Source: a virus (lineage: Duplodnaviria; Caudoviricetes). Taken from it: a stretch of 54,935 nucleotides of DNA. The DNA lies in IMG/VR virus record IMGVR_UViG_3300025353_000003, positions 1-54,935 of that record. The stretch is one strand, 5' to 3'. How positions within the stretch are numbered: the stretch's first letter is position 1; each line of letters starts with the position of its first letter. Under the pieces are notes generated by a model that made no database searches, had not been told where the DNA came from, and saw nothing but the letters and a program-made list of their open reading frames with translations. Shown here in pieces: positions 29,467 through 39,180 of this stretch. A program made the translations under genes and the position numbers.

Positions 29467-29903
29467 TGGCAACTAAAAAACTCGTTGGTTCGGATAGAAA
29501 CCAAGTACCATACAACCGTGACCTTGGTACTATGGCTTGGCAAAACGCATCTGCTGTTAGCTCTACAGGCACTTTAGGCTTTGCCCCTAGTACAGGTGTA
29601 GGCGGTGCAGTAACTCAGATTACCTCAAGAACTACTGGAGTAACTTTAAATAACTCTACTGGTGCAATCACTTTATTCTCTGCTGCTGGCTCTGCTACTG
29701 CCGCTACATTCACGGTAACGAATAGCCAAGTAGCTGCAACGGATGTCATTGTATTGAATCAAAAATCAGCCACCAACCTTTATATTTTATTGGTAACTGC
29801 CGTATCTGCTGGCTCATTCAATATCACGTTCTACACCACAGGCGGTACATCCACCGATGCCCCTGTAATCAATTTTGCTGTTATTAAAGGCTCTGTAAAC
29901 TAA
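29466..29903 (+). CDS. fibre-associated structural protein
   Basis: 145 aa; GGAVTQITSRTTGVTLN...INFAVIKG; TAATG coupling. Confidence 0.65.
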   Translation: MATKKLVGSDRNQVPYNRDLGTMAWQNASAVSSTGTLGFAPSTGVGGAVTQITSRTTGVTLNNSTGAITLFSAAGSATAATFTVTNSQVAATDVIVLNQKSATNLYILLVTAVSAGSFNITFYTTGGTSTDAPVINFAVIKGSVN

Positions 29904-31660
29904 TGACAATCTCAAATAACTACCCAACAATTCGCCCAAGTTTAGACTTAGACTTTGCTAACTCAGAACAGCTAGACCCACGCATTACCTTCAGCCGTTC
30001 TACAACAGCAGCCTATTACGATGCCAATACTACTGCGTTAGCAGAGCAGAATTTGTTGTTGCAATCTGGAACATTAACTAATGCCGCTTGGTCTGCTGTT
30101 AATGGGACTTCTTCCACAAGTGCAATTTTAGCTTCTGATGGAATTTCTTATTATCAAATCATTACCGCAACATCTGGTGGAAATAGATTTCAACAAATTC
30201 TCACTACATTAACAACAGGTTTAGTTTATACACTCACATTTGAACTTTATGCAGGAACTTCAAATTATGCGGGTATTGTTGCTGGCAATAGCAATTCTGC
30301 TGGCGCAATCTTCAATCTTTCTACTGGTAGTGTAGTCAGCACGTCGGGAACAGGAGTAACCGCATCCATTAGTGCTATGTTAGCAAACGGGGCATACCGA
30401 TGTTCCCTCACGTTTACATCACTTGGAACAAGTATTTATGCAGGGTTTGGTGTGTCTGATGGCACTACTTACAATTCAAGTGTTTACCCTTCGGCATCAA
30501 CTGGAACGATTAGTGGTCAACTCTCTCAGCTTGAACAAAGAAATTCAAGAACTGCCTACAATGCCACAACCACAAGTGCCATAACAAACTACATCCCTGT
30601 ACTCCAGACAGCACCAATTAACCAAGCTCGCTTTGACCATGACCCAGTAGCAAGAACTTCATTGGGATTATTGATAGAACAACAGAGCACGAATTTATGG
30701 CTACAAAGTCAGTTTGCTAGTGGGTGGTCTACTACAAATAGCACTACAAGCCTATTAAATAATATTGCACCTGATGGTACTCAAACTGCATCTCTATTGG
30801 TGGATAACACTACAAATGGTGGTCACCTTGTTCAACAATTTGCTACCACCACTGCTACATCCCATACTATAAGTGTATATGCAAAAGCATATCAACTATC
30901 TAGCATAATGCTTTACAGCTATTGGGATAGTAAAGGAACTGGGTTTAACTTATCAACTGGCAATATATTTACAATTACAGGAGTGACACAAAATACATCC
31001 AATTCAATTACCCCAGTTGGCAACGGCTGGTATAGGTGTTCTATTACCTCCACAGCAACAGCACAGACTGGTGCAACAGGCGGTATTTATACAGTTTCTG
31101 GAACAACATTTAGCTACGCTGGAACAGGACAAGGAATCTATATCTGGGGTGCTCAACTCGAAGCCTTAGGATTCCCAACGTCTTATATCCCTACACAAGC
31201 AAGTCAAGTAACAAGGGCAGCAGATAACGCTAGTATGACTGGGGTGAACTTTAGTAGTTGGTATAACAATCAGCAGGGAGCACTATTTGCAAATTATAGA
31301 ATGACAAACATAACTACAGTTTGTGGAATAAGTCTTAAATCTTCTATTAATAGCGGAAATATTATTAGCGTCGTAGATAATTCAAATAGTTTATCCGTTT
31401 ACGTTAACGGCGCTGTATCAGCATCTTCAAATTTTGGAATCGTTACGCAAAATTTGCCATATAAGAACGCATTGTCTTATCAAGTTAATAATTTTGGTTT
31501 TAATAGGAATGGAGTTACTACGGTAACAAGTTCTTCTGGAGCAATACCCAGTTTTATAGATAATTGGACAATAACTAATATTAATGGGACTGTATCTAAA
31601 TTTTCTTATTACCCAGTAGCCCTTACTGCAACTCAACTTCAATCCCTAACAGGAAGCTAA
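29903..31660 (+). CDS. second fibre/spike protein, paralog of the C-terminal half of 25933..29466
   Basis: PSLDLDFANSEQLDPRITFSRST...ARFDHDP..SLGLLIEQQSTNL...WGAQLE aligns with the preceding fibre. Confidence 0.75.
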   Translation: MTISNNYPTIRPSLDLDFANSEQLDPRITFSRSTTAAYYDANTTALAEQNLLLQSGTLTNAAWSAVNGTSSTSAILASDGISYYQIITATSGGNRFQQILTTLTTGLVYTLTFELYAGTSNYAGIVAGNSNSAGAIFNLSTGSVVSTSGTGVTASISAMLANGAYRCSLTFTSLGTSIYAGFGVSDGTTYNSSVYPSASTGTISGQLSQLEQRNSRTAYNATTTSAITNYIPVLQTAPINQARFDHDPVARTSLGLLIEQQSTNLWLQSQFASGWSTTNSTTSLLNNIAPDGTQTASLLVDNTTNGGHLVQQFATTTATSHTISVYAKAYQLSSIMLYSYWDSKGTGFNLSTGNIFTITGVTQNTSNSITPVGNGWYRCSITSTATAQTGATGGIYTVSGTTFSYAGTGQGIYIWGAQLEALGFPTSYIPTQASQVTRAADNASMTGVNFSSWYNNQQGALFANYRMTNITTVCGISLKSSINSGNIISVVDNSNSLSVYVNGAVSASSNFGIVTQNLPYKNALSYQVNNFGFNRNGVTTVTSSSGAIPSFIDNWTITNINGTVSKFSYYPVALTATQLQSLTGS

Positions 31661-31662
31661 TC

Positions 31663-31986
31663 ATGCAAGATTTTTATCTCCGCTTTAATGACGAAGTACA
31701 AGCTACTTTAGTTCTCTATACCACTACTGTAACGGCTGAAACGCTGGATGAGGAAGGTAACATCGTTACTGAAGCCTCAGTAGAGGTAAAGCCTAACTAC
31801 CAGAACATCGACACAATCGGTGTTATCTATGAGTCAGCACCAGAACCACTACCAGACCCATATACGCCTGTACCTTATGACGGCTGGTTTGTGAATGTGC
31901 GCTTAGTTGGTGAAGAAGATGCTGCAGCTTTACAGCCATTTAACATTGACCCAAAACCTTATCCAATGAGAGTTTGGGCGACCTAA
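31663..31986 (+). CDS. putative fibre assembly/chaperone protein
   Basis: Acidic 107 aa; NIDTIGVIY...GWFVNVR...PMRVWA; follows the spike gene. Confidence 0.5.
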   Translation: MQDFYLRFNDEVQATLVLYTTTVTAETLDEEGNIVTEASVEVKPNYQNIDTIGVIYESAPEPLPDPYTPVPYDGWFVNVRLVGEEDAAALQPFNIDPKPYPMRVWAT

Positions 31987-32015
31987 ATCAGCTATAATTT
32001 TTAAAAAGGATTTAT

Positions 32016-32639
32016 ATGTCTCAGACAGGCTTTACCCCTTTAAAAATCTATGCCAGTTCCGCGGTAGGGAATACTCCCTCCGCCTCTAACCTCATCAATG
32101 ATACGTCAGGTTCAGAGCTGGCAATTAACATTGCTGACGGTAAATTATTCTATAAAGATAGCACTGGAACGGTTCAAGTGATTGCCACAAAAGCAAGCAC
32201 TGTGAATGTGGCTTCTTTTTCAGGCGGTACAACAGGCTTAACCCCTAATACTGCTTCTACAGGTGCGATAACTCTTTCAGGAACTTTGGTTGCAGGTAAC
32301 GGAGGAACTGGTGTAGCTACTCTTTCTGGATTAGCCTACGGTAACGGTACAAGCCCGTTCACAGCTGCTACAGCTGCTCAAGTGGTAGCAGTTATTGGTT
32401 CCACTGCAGTTACAAACGCTACTAACTCTGTCAATGCTACCAATTCAACAAATGCTACCAATTCAACAAATGCTACAAACGCCGTTCAATCTACAAAGAT
32501 TACTAATTCAGGTGGATGGAGTGTAACTCCTAGCGGTACAAAATTGTATTTTAATTATAACGGTACAAATATAGGCTCATTAGATTCATCTGGAAACTTT
32601 ATTGCTCTTGCTAACGTAACTGCATACGGAACACCGTAA
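32016..32639 (+). CDS. short tail fibre protein
   Basis: ELAINIADGKLFYKD N-terminal motif, NATNS repeats, C-terminal LDSSGNFIALANVTAY. Confidence 0.65.
   Translation: MSQTGFTPLKIYASSAVGNTPSASNLINDTSGSELAINIADGKLFYKDSTGTVQVIATKASTVNVASFSGGTTGLTPNTASTGAITLSGTLVAGNGGTGVATLSGLAYGNGTSPFTAATAAQVVAVIGSTAVTNATNSVNATNSTNATNSTNATNAVQSTKITNSGGWSVTPSGTKLYFNYNGTNIGSLDSSGNFIALANVTAYGTP
32433..32476 (+). repeat. 18-bp tandem repeat (AATGCTACCAATTCAACA) encoding NATNST
   Basis: About 2.4 exact copies inside the fibre gene. Confidence 0.8.
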
Positions 32640-33385
32640 TGACTTTACCTTCTTCTGGAACTTTATCTTTACAACAAATTGCCGCTGAGTTTGGCGGAAG
32701 TAACCCTATTTCTTTAAATCAGTATTACAGAGGCGGCAGCTTAGTAAAAGATACTATTGCTAATGCTAGCATACCTGCTAGTGGTGCTATTTCTGTTTCT
32801 AATTTTTATAATGCTAGTAGTAATATTGTGCAGCTTACTAGTAGTTTTTCAGGGGCTGGTCTATCAGGCGGGGTTACTTACGTAACTTTTACAGGGCAAA
32901 ATATTGGAGATTTACTTTTAGCTTTTGGTACTACTAATCAAAATGCTCCCAATGGAATTACCGCTGGATGGACAATTGCGGGGAATGCCTATGTAAGTAA
33001 TAGAAGTTTAACTATAGCTTATAAATTTGCAGATACAACCGCAGCTGATACAATTTATTTTTATGGTTCAGGAGATAGCCCTTATTCCCATTGCGGTGGT
33101 ATGCGGTTATTAAACGGTAAAGGTATTGGCGCTTTTGCTTTTAATACCAATGGAGGTACAACAGGTTCTCCGAGTATGCCTGCCCTTACACTACAAAAAA
33201 CAAATGGCTCATCTGCAGTGGCTTGTGCAACTTATCTTATGGATGGTACAGGAGTTTCAACAGACCCAGCATCTATATTTACAAATGGCATGGGGTTTGT
33301 AGCAGGGGTTACTTACTATAATGGTGGAGTTATATATGATTATCCTACCGTAAATATAGGTTGTTCTGTTGAAATTTTAGCTTAA
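32639..33385 (+). CDS. putative fibre-tip adhesin / receptor-binding protein
   Basis: MTLPSSGTLSLQQIAAEFGGSNPISLNQYY...SGAISVSNFY N-terminal module typical of fibre-tip proteins; Gly-rich variable C-terminus. Confidence 0.6.
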   Translation: MTLPSSGTLSLQQIAAEFGGSNPISLNQYYRGGSLVKDTIANASIPASGAISVSNFYNASSNIVQLTSSFSGAGLSGGVTYVTFTGQNIGDLLLAFGTTNQNAPNGITAGWTIAGNAYVSNRSLTIAYKFADTTAADTIYFYGSGDSPYSHCGGMRLLNGKGIGAFAFNTNGGTTGSPSMPALTLQKTNGSSAVACATYLMDGTGVSTDPASIFTNGMGFVAGVTYYNGGVIYDYPTVNIGCSVEILA

Positions 33386-33504
33386 GGAAAAATATGATAT
33401 ACGCCACAATACCAAATCAAGACCCAACTCCAAAACCAATTCCATGCAAATAAATTTAAGGGTAAAACGCTAGCCCATTTTTAGCGTAAATTAAAGGAAA
33501 TAAA

Positions 33505-33669
33505 ATGAATTTAACAGTAGATCTTGTAAATGGCATTCTTCAATATTTAGGTAATCGCCCATATGTTGAAGTGGCACATTTAATAACTGGCATTCAAACT
33601 GAGGCTGCTGCTCAAGCACCTGCGGCAGATATTGATCCTGCTGAACCCGCGTCACAAGCTGCGGAGTAA
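33505..33669 (+). CDS. small hypothetical protein (54 aa, ILQYLGNRPYVEV motif)
   Basis: Hand-translated; AAAGGAAATA RBS. Confidence 0.7.
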   Translation: MNLTVDLVNGILQYLGNRPYVEVAHLITGIQTEAAAQAPAADIDPAEPASQAAE

Positions 33670-33672
33670 ACC

Positions 33673-33936
33673 ATGGATTGGTCAGCTGTTATAGGTGTCG
33701 CTGCAATCATCGTTACTATTTTTAACGGTGTTGTGGGATATTGGGTAAAACAAGTCTCAAAAAGCCAAGATAACCTCACAGCTGATCACCGAGCTATTGC
33801 CAAAGATTTAAGAAGTCTTGAAATCAGAGTATCAGATGAATACGTCAAAAAGTCAGATATAAATTCTAGATTTGATCGAATAGACATGCTCCTTGATAAA
33901 ATTATGGACAAGTTAGACACTAAGGCGGACAAATGA
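33673..33936 (+). CDS. membrane-anchored coiled-coil protein (holin/antiholin-like)
   Basis: N-terminal TM then coiled coil (EYVKKSD...RIDMLLDKI); start of the lysis cassette. Confidence 0.55.
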   Translation: MDWSAVIGVAAIIVTIFNGVVGYWVKQVSKSQDNLTADHRAIAKDLRSLEIRVSDEYVKKSDINSRFDRIDMLLDKIMDKLDTKADK

Positions 33937-34433
33937 GTTGGCTTGAACAAATAGCCCCCACAATTGCTACGTGCCTTGGTGGTCCTCTGGCAGGATTAGC
34001 TGTCACTGCTCTTTCTAAATTGTTTGGCGTAGAGCCTGATCAAGTCAAAGACATGATTGACAATAATAAATTGTCAGCTGATCAAATTGCTGCAGTAAAA
34101 GAGGAAGAAATTAAGTTTAAAGAACAAACTCAAGCGTTAGGCTTGAATTTTGAACAGCTCGCAGTGGAGGATAGAAAAAGTGCTCGCGAAATGCAAACAG
34201 TTACTCATTCTATTGTGCCTCCTACTCTTTCTATTCTTGTTACTTTTGGGTTCTTTGGCATACTTGCCTATCTTATGCTTCACCCTGCTGATACTCAGAA
34301 TACACCCTTAATGATTATGTTGGGTTCACTCGGCACTGCCTGGACAGGTATCATTGCGTTTTATTTCGGTTCCAGCGCGGGTAGTCAAAAGAAAGATCAA
34401 ATGTTATATAACTCTCAACCTACTCAACAATGA
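33933..34433 (+). CDS. putative holin (3-TM holin-like)
   Basis: IAPTIATCLGGPLAG, EDRKSARE, two C-terminal TMs ending FYFGSS; precedes the endolysin. Confidence 0.7.
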   Translation: MSWLEQIAPTIATCLGGPLAGLAVTALSKLFGVEPDQVKDMIDNNKLSADQIAAVKEEEIKFKEQTQALGLNFEQLAVEDRKSAREMQTVTHSIVPPTLSILVTFGFFGILAYLMLHPADTQNTPLMIMLGSLGTAWTGIIAFYFGSSAGSQKKDQMLYNSQPTQQ

Positions 34434-34942
34434 ACACTAATTTTGACAAGTGTTTAGACATGCTGCTTGATGATGAAGGCGGGTTTGTTAATAATGCAAA
34501 AGATCCAGGAGGTATGACTAACCTTGGAGTTACACGTGCTGCTTGGGAATCTTTTGTAGGTCGCGCATCTTCTGAAAAAGAAATGCGTAACTTAACTCGT
34601 AAATCAGTAATTTCATTTTATGAAAAGAAATATTGGGATGCCTGTAAGTGCGATGATTTACCTTCAGGTATTGATTACTTAATTTTTGATTTTGCAGTTA
34701 ACGCTGGTGTAGGTACTGCTGTAAAACTGCTTCAGAATGTCTTAGGTATTGCTAGAGATGGATCTGTTGGACCTGTTACCCTTCAAAATGTGGATATTAG
34801 TGACAAAATAGATCTCATAAGTCGGTATTCATCAGCTAAAATTAAACATTATGAAGATTTACCCACTTTTCCTGAATTTGGCAAGGGATGGCTAAATCGC
34901 GTTGAATTAGTCAAATCTAAAGCCTGTTCAATGTTAGGATAG
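34430..34942 (+). CDS. endolysin, glycoside hydrolase family 108 with PG-binding domain
   Basis: EGGFVNNAKDPGGMTNLGVT, FDFAVNAG, FGKGWLNRV. Confidence 0.92.
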   Translation: MNTNFDKCLDMLLDDEGGFVNNAKDPGGMTNLGVTRAAWESFVGRASSEKEMRNLTRKSVISFYEKKYWDACKCDDLPSGIDYLIFDFAVNAGVGTAVKLLQNVLGIARDGSVGPVTLQNVDISDKIDLISRYSSAKIKHYEDLPTFPEFGKGWLNRVELVKSKACSMLG

Positions 34943-34944
34943 AT

Positions 34945-35586
34945 ATGAGCACCGTAATTCCCGCTGCCGCGATGACCTATGACAATTTGACGTCTAATAC
35001 TCTTCAGTATTTAGAACGTCAAGACCCTGCTGTTGTAAATCAGATTCCAACTTTCATCATGCTCGCTGAATTTGAAATCGCTGAGATGATGAAGTCATTA
35101 GGGCAACAACAAGTAGCTCAAGGGGTTATGACAATCGGTAACCCTGTTATCCCTAAACCTGCAAGGTGGCGTAAAACAACTTCATTTAACGTAACTGTAA
35201 ACAACAAAGTACAACCTGTATTTTTACGTAAGTATGAATATTTACGTAATTATTCACCTAACGGTTCTACCACAGGAACTCCACTTTACTATGCCGATTA
35301 TGATTATGACAATTGGCTCGTAACCCCTGCACCTGATGCAGCTTACTCTTTTGAGGTTTTATATTATGAACGAATTCAACCATTATCTTCTGAAAATCAA
35401 ACAAATTGGATTACACGTAATGCACCTAATGCGATGCTTTATGGAACACTGCTTCAAGCTATGCCGTTTTTAAAGAATGATCAACGTCAGATTTTTCAAC
35501 AGAAATATACTGAGGCAATCACTGCATTGACAAATGAAGATAAATTACGTATTGCTGACAGGCAAGCTATAGCACAGGACTCTTAA
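34945..35586 (+). CDS. head-tail adaptor/tail tubular protein A-like
   Basis: IPTFIMLAE, GTPLYYA, VTPAPD, NWITRNAPNAMLYGTL adaptor-type pattern. Confidence 0.65.
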   Translation: MSTVIPAAAMTYDNLTSNTLQYLERQDPAVVNQIPTFIMLAEFEIAEMMKSLGQQQVAQGVMTIGNPVIPKPARWRKTTSFNVTVNNKVQPVFLRKYEYLRNYSPNGSTTGTPLYYADYDYDNWLVTPAPDAAYSFEVLYYERIQPLSSENQTNWITRNAPNAMLYGTLLQAMPFLKNDQRQIFQQKYTEAITALTNEDKLRIADRQAIAQDS

Positions 35587-35588
35587 TC

Positions 35589-36803
35589 ATGGAATATATT
35601 AATCCGTTTACAGGCGCTACTATTTCACCTTCACAAGTGGGATATACCGCGCTCAGTATTTCTACAAATACCACTTTGCAATGGCCAGTTAACGGTAATG
35701 GTACAATAGATTTAGCTTCTAATATTTTAGAAATAACCGCTACTACGACTGGTCTAAAGTTAATTTTACCTGCAGCGAATGAGGTATCAACAGGTCAAGC
35801 CCTCATTATACGTAACGTAGGTTCAAATGCTTTTACTGTTACTGATAATGGTAGTAACACTGTAATTTCAATTTCATCAGGAATTGCTAAGTATATTTAC
35901 GTAACTGATAACACCTCAGCTAACGGCATCTGGACTAATGTTCAATTCGGTTCAGGTACTTCTTCTGCTGATGCGGCATCACTTGCGGGTTATGGTTTAA
36001 CCCCGATTAACACAACTTTAAATCAACAATATGCTACTCAAACGTATTCAGCAAATTCAACTTTAACTGCAAACAACCGCGCTGCTTTTGCGGTGTGGAC
36101 AGGCGGAGCAGGAACAATCGTTTTACCGCCTTCATCAATCGGTAACGGCTGGTTTATAATGATTGCCAATGATGGTACTGGTATATTGAATATTGCAACA
36201 CAAGGTACTGATACTCTTGATGGATTAACTACTCGTCAACTTCAACTTACTGAATCATTTGTAGTAGTTTGTACAGGCTCTGGATTTAATACTTTTGGAT
36301 ACGGTCAAGCTACTCAATTTGCTTTTACTCAGCTTTCATTGTTAATAACGGGTGGTACTTATACTTTAACAACTTCTCAGGCTTCTAACTTAATTCAAGA
36401 ATATAGTGGAACTTTGACTAGCAATCAGATTGTAATCTTACCCCCAACAGTTCAACTGTATTCATTAAGTAACAATACTACGGGTGCATTTTCACTTACA
36501 TTCAAAACTACTGCAATAGGTGGTTCTACTTTGACTTTAGCGTCTGGTCAAACTATCATCGCGGTATGTGACGGTACAAACGTATACAACTCACAAACCG
36601 CTGCAACTTCTACTGCTAGTTCATTAACCCTCGGTAACGGCGCTTTTGCTAACCCTTCTTTAAACTTTACGGGTGATACTTCTACGGGTGTTTACTTAGC
36701 AGCTTCTGGATTATTAGGATTTTCAGCTGCAGGAGCATTAGGTATGAGTTTAGGGTCTTCAGGCTTGACGGTAGTTAATGGTATTGGTGGAGGAACATTT
36801 TGA
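35589..36803 (+). CDS. tail structural protein
   Basis: 404 aa with repeated beta modules (LILPAA, IVLPPS, VILPPT). Confidence 0.6.
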   Translation: MEYINPFTGATISPSQVGYTALSISTNTTLQWPVNGNGTIDLASNILEITATTTGLKLILPAANEVSTGQALIIRNVGSNAFTVTDNGSNTVISISSGIAKYIYVTDNTSANGIWTNVQFGSGTSSADAASLAGYGLTPINTTLNQQYATQTYSANSTLTANNRAAFAVWTGGAGTIVLPPSSIGNGWFIMIANDGTGILNIATQGTDTLDGLTTRQLQLTESFVVVCTGSGFNTFGYGQATQFAFTQLSLLITGGTYTLTTSQASNLIQEYSGTLTSNQIVILPPTVQLYSLSNNTTGAFSLTFKTTAIGGSTLTLASGQTIIAVCDGTNVYNSQTAATSTASSLTLGNGAFANPSLNFTGDTSTGVYLAASGLLGFSAAGALGMSLGSSGLTVVNGIGGGTF

Positions 36804-38572
36804 CAGCTAATGTCATCTCGTTGAGTATCCCTGCTGGTGTTCAGCAGGATGGTACTTTATTTGACTCTCCAATGTTTGTTGATGGGCGCTGGATGCGGTT
36901 TCAGCGCGGTCGTCCACGTAAAATAGGCGGTTATAAAGGTATCTTCCTGGATGCTCCTGGGATTGCTAGAGGTATGACCATGCAGTCGCAAGATGGTTTA
37001 AACTACGTATATGCTGGATTTAACAATAGCTTACAATATTGGCAAACTGATAATGATGATGGTGTAGGTACTGGTCCCGCTGCTATTACATTAAATTCTT
37101 CATATTTTACTTCTAATGTTGATAATCTATGGCAGTTTGATATTGGTTATGATTCTAATGGCACAGGATCTCTTAATCTGGTGGCACATCCTGGTCAAAA
37201 CTTGAACCATATAGATAGCACTGTCAATACTCCTGTTTTGACTGGCGCATTCCCAGGAGGTTCACTTACTGGTGTGGGTGTCTTTACCGTAACTGGAAGT
37301 GCAACAGGCAGCACCATTACTCTAACTACTGCGGATTATAGAATTGGATTAGGTCAGTCTGTTACAGGGACTGGTATTGCTGCAAATACAGTGGTCACAA
37401 ATGTGGTCATAGTAACTTCACCTTCTATTTCTACTACAATCACGATTAACCATGCCGTATCAGGAACACCAACCTCATTTACTTTTGACAATCATATATC
37501 AGTTTCAGGTGGCGCTTGTATGCTGTACCCATATCTATTTGTGTATGGTAACAATGGGCTTATTCAAAACTGTGCAGCTGGTGATTTTACTGACTGGGTC
37601 AGTGCAGACTCTAATGCAAATAATGTCTCATCTACTAAAGTCATTAAAGGTATGGCTCTAAGAGGTGGTACTACTTCTCCTGCGGGGTTATTTTGGTCTC
37701 TTGATCAACTTACTCGTGTGAGTTATGCGCCTCAAACACTAGGTACATCTACAATCTACTGGCGATATGATATCATATCCACTCAAACCTCTATTATGTC
37801 ATCGCAATGTGTTATTGAGTATGATGGTATCATATATTGGATAGCAGTTGATAGATTCTTAATGTACAATGGCGTAGTCCAAGAAGTTCCTAATAATACT
37901 AACTTAAACTACTTCTTTGACAATTTAAACTTTGCTCAGCGGCAAAAAGTATGGGCAGCGAAAATTCCTCGTTGGGGTGAAATCTGGTGGTTCTACCCAC
38001 ATGGTGATTCTACTGAGTGTAATAATGCAATTATATTTAATGTCCGTGATCAAGTCTGGTATGACGCAGGTTTTGCTGAAGGTTCTCAACGCTCAGCAGG
38101 TACATTTTCTGAAGTATTTAAGTATCCTATTTGGGCAGACAATGTTACAAACATCGCAGGTGCTAATACAATCTGGCAACATGAGAGCGGTGTAGATCAA
38201 GTCTATCTCAGTAATGTCAATGCAATTGAGTCCTACTTTGAGACGAATAGCATTGGTTGGGTGACAGGTGGTCCAGGACAACGCACTGTACAAGGCGCAA
38301 ATAAGTGGATTCGCTTAGAACGCGTAGAGCCTGATTTTGTACAATCTGGTGCAATGACTTTGACTGTAACAGGTAAAGGTTATGCAGATGATGTTGATGA
38401 TCCTTCTACCCCCTATACTTTTACATCAGATACGCTTAAAATTGATATGCGTGAACAACGTAGAGAAATGCGTTTACGTTTTACTAGTAATGTATCTGGT
38501 GGTAATTATGAAACAGGCAACATATTGTTAAGTGCAGATATTGGTGATGAGCGTAGTACAGGCAACCCATGA
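36800..38572 (+). CDS. tail nozzle / DNA stabilization protein (P22 gp10 / T7 tubular B-like)
   Basis: 590 aa; MRFQRGRPRKIGG, beta-propeller-like repeats, GEIWWFYP, RVEPDF. Confidence 0.65.
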   Translation: MTANVISLSIPAGVQQDGTLFDSPMFVDGRWMRFQRGRPRKIGGYKGIFLDAPGIARGMTMQSQDGLNYVYAGFNNSLQYWQTDNDDGVGTGPAAITLNSSYFTSNVDNLWQFDIGYDSNGTGSLNLVAHPGQNLNHIDSTVNTPVLTGAFPGGSLTGVGVFTVTGSATGSTITLTTADYRIGLGQSVTGTGIAANTVVTNVVIVTSPSISTTITINHAVSGTPTSFTFDNHISVSGGACMLYPYLFVYGNNGLIQNCAAGDFTDWVSADSNANNVSSTKVIKGMALRGGTTSPAGLFWSLDQLTRVSYAPQTLGTSTIYWRYDIISTQTSIMSSQCVIEYDGIIYWIAVDRFLMYNGVVQEVPNNTNLNYFFDNLNFAQRQKVWAAKIPRWGEIWWFYPHGDSTECNNAIIFNVRDQVWYDAGFAEGSQRSAGTFSEVFKYPIWADNVTNIAGANTIWQHESGVDQVYLSNVNAIESYFETNSIGWVTGGPGQRTVQGANKWIRLERVEPDFVQSGAMTLTVTGKGYADDVDDPSTPYTFTSDTLKIDMREQRREMRLRFTSNVSGGNYETGNILLSADIGDERSTGNP

Positions 38573-38802
38573 TAGTCTATGATCCACGAGGACAAACATG
38601 GGATAGCTGGTGCGCTTTGATGGCGGAATTATTTGCGCCTCAGCAATTAGGGACAGTAACTGAAGATCATTGGCAAGATTGGGCAAATGGTATGCAAAGT
38701 ATTGGATATTTTGTAAATTCAGGTATTCCTGATGCTAGAGGCTTCACTAGATGGCAAGATTGGGCTTCTCGTTTAGTTGGTATTATGTCAATAAATGGAT
38801 AA
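38569..38802 (+). CDS. small Trp-rich hypothetical tail-region protein
   Basis: 77 aa; ATGA coupling. Confidence 0.7.
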   Translation: MIVYDPRGQTWDSWCALMAELFAPQQLGTVTEDHWQDWANGMQSIGYFVNSGIPDARGFTRWQDWASRLVGIMSING

Positions 38803-38805
38803 AAA

Positions 38806-39180
38806 ATGACACCTTCAGAAATTATTATGGCAGATGCTACTAAGCATGGTAGAGATCCTAAAGCAGCAGTCTTGGCTGTTCATGAGTTAATGCGACGAAA
38901 ACTAGGATTCGTGCTAAGTACACCAAAATCAGTATTGGTCTTATGTAGAATCAATGATGATGACTATGAAGTTCATCTATATAGTGAAGGATCTCCTTTA
39001 GAGATCTCAAAAGCGATGTTAAAATTTTATGAAGACATCAAGAAAATTAAGATTAAGACGTTATATGGAGAAGCTGATAACCCTCAAATTATCAACTTAC
39101 TGAAACAATTAGCAGTTCGTGAAGGCACAGAGATTCTGAACCCAGACAGACCCAACTACAATTGGATGATGCACGTATGA
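38806..39180 (+). CDS. hypothetical protein preceding the ejection genes
   Basis: 124-aa ORF; ATGA coupling downstream. Confidence 0.65.
   Translation: MTPSEIIMADATKHGRDPKAAVLAVHELMRRKLGFVLSTPKSVLVLCRINDDDYEVHLYSEGSPLEISKAMLKFYEDIKKIKIKTLYGEADNPQIINLLKQLAVREGTEILNPDRPNYNWMMHV

Noticed and set aside
27820-31660. Diversity-generating retroelement template/variable repeat pair
   Set aside because: No reverse transcriptase; similarity is protein-level paralogy, not a ~100-bp adenine-specific repeat pair
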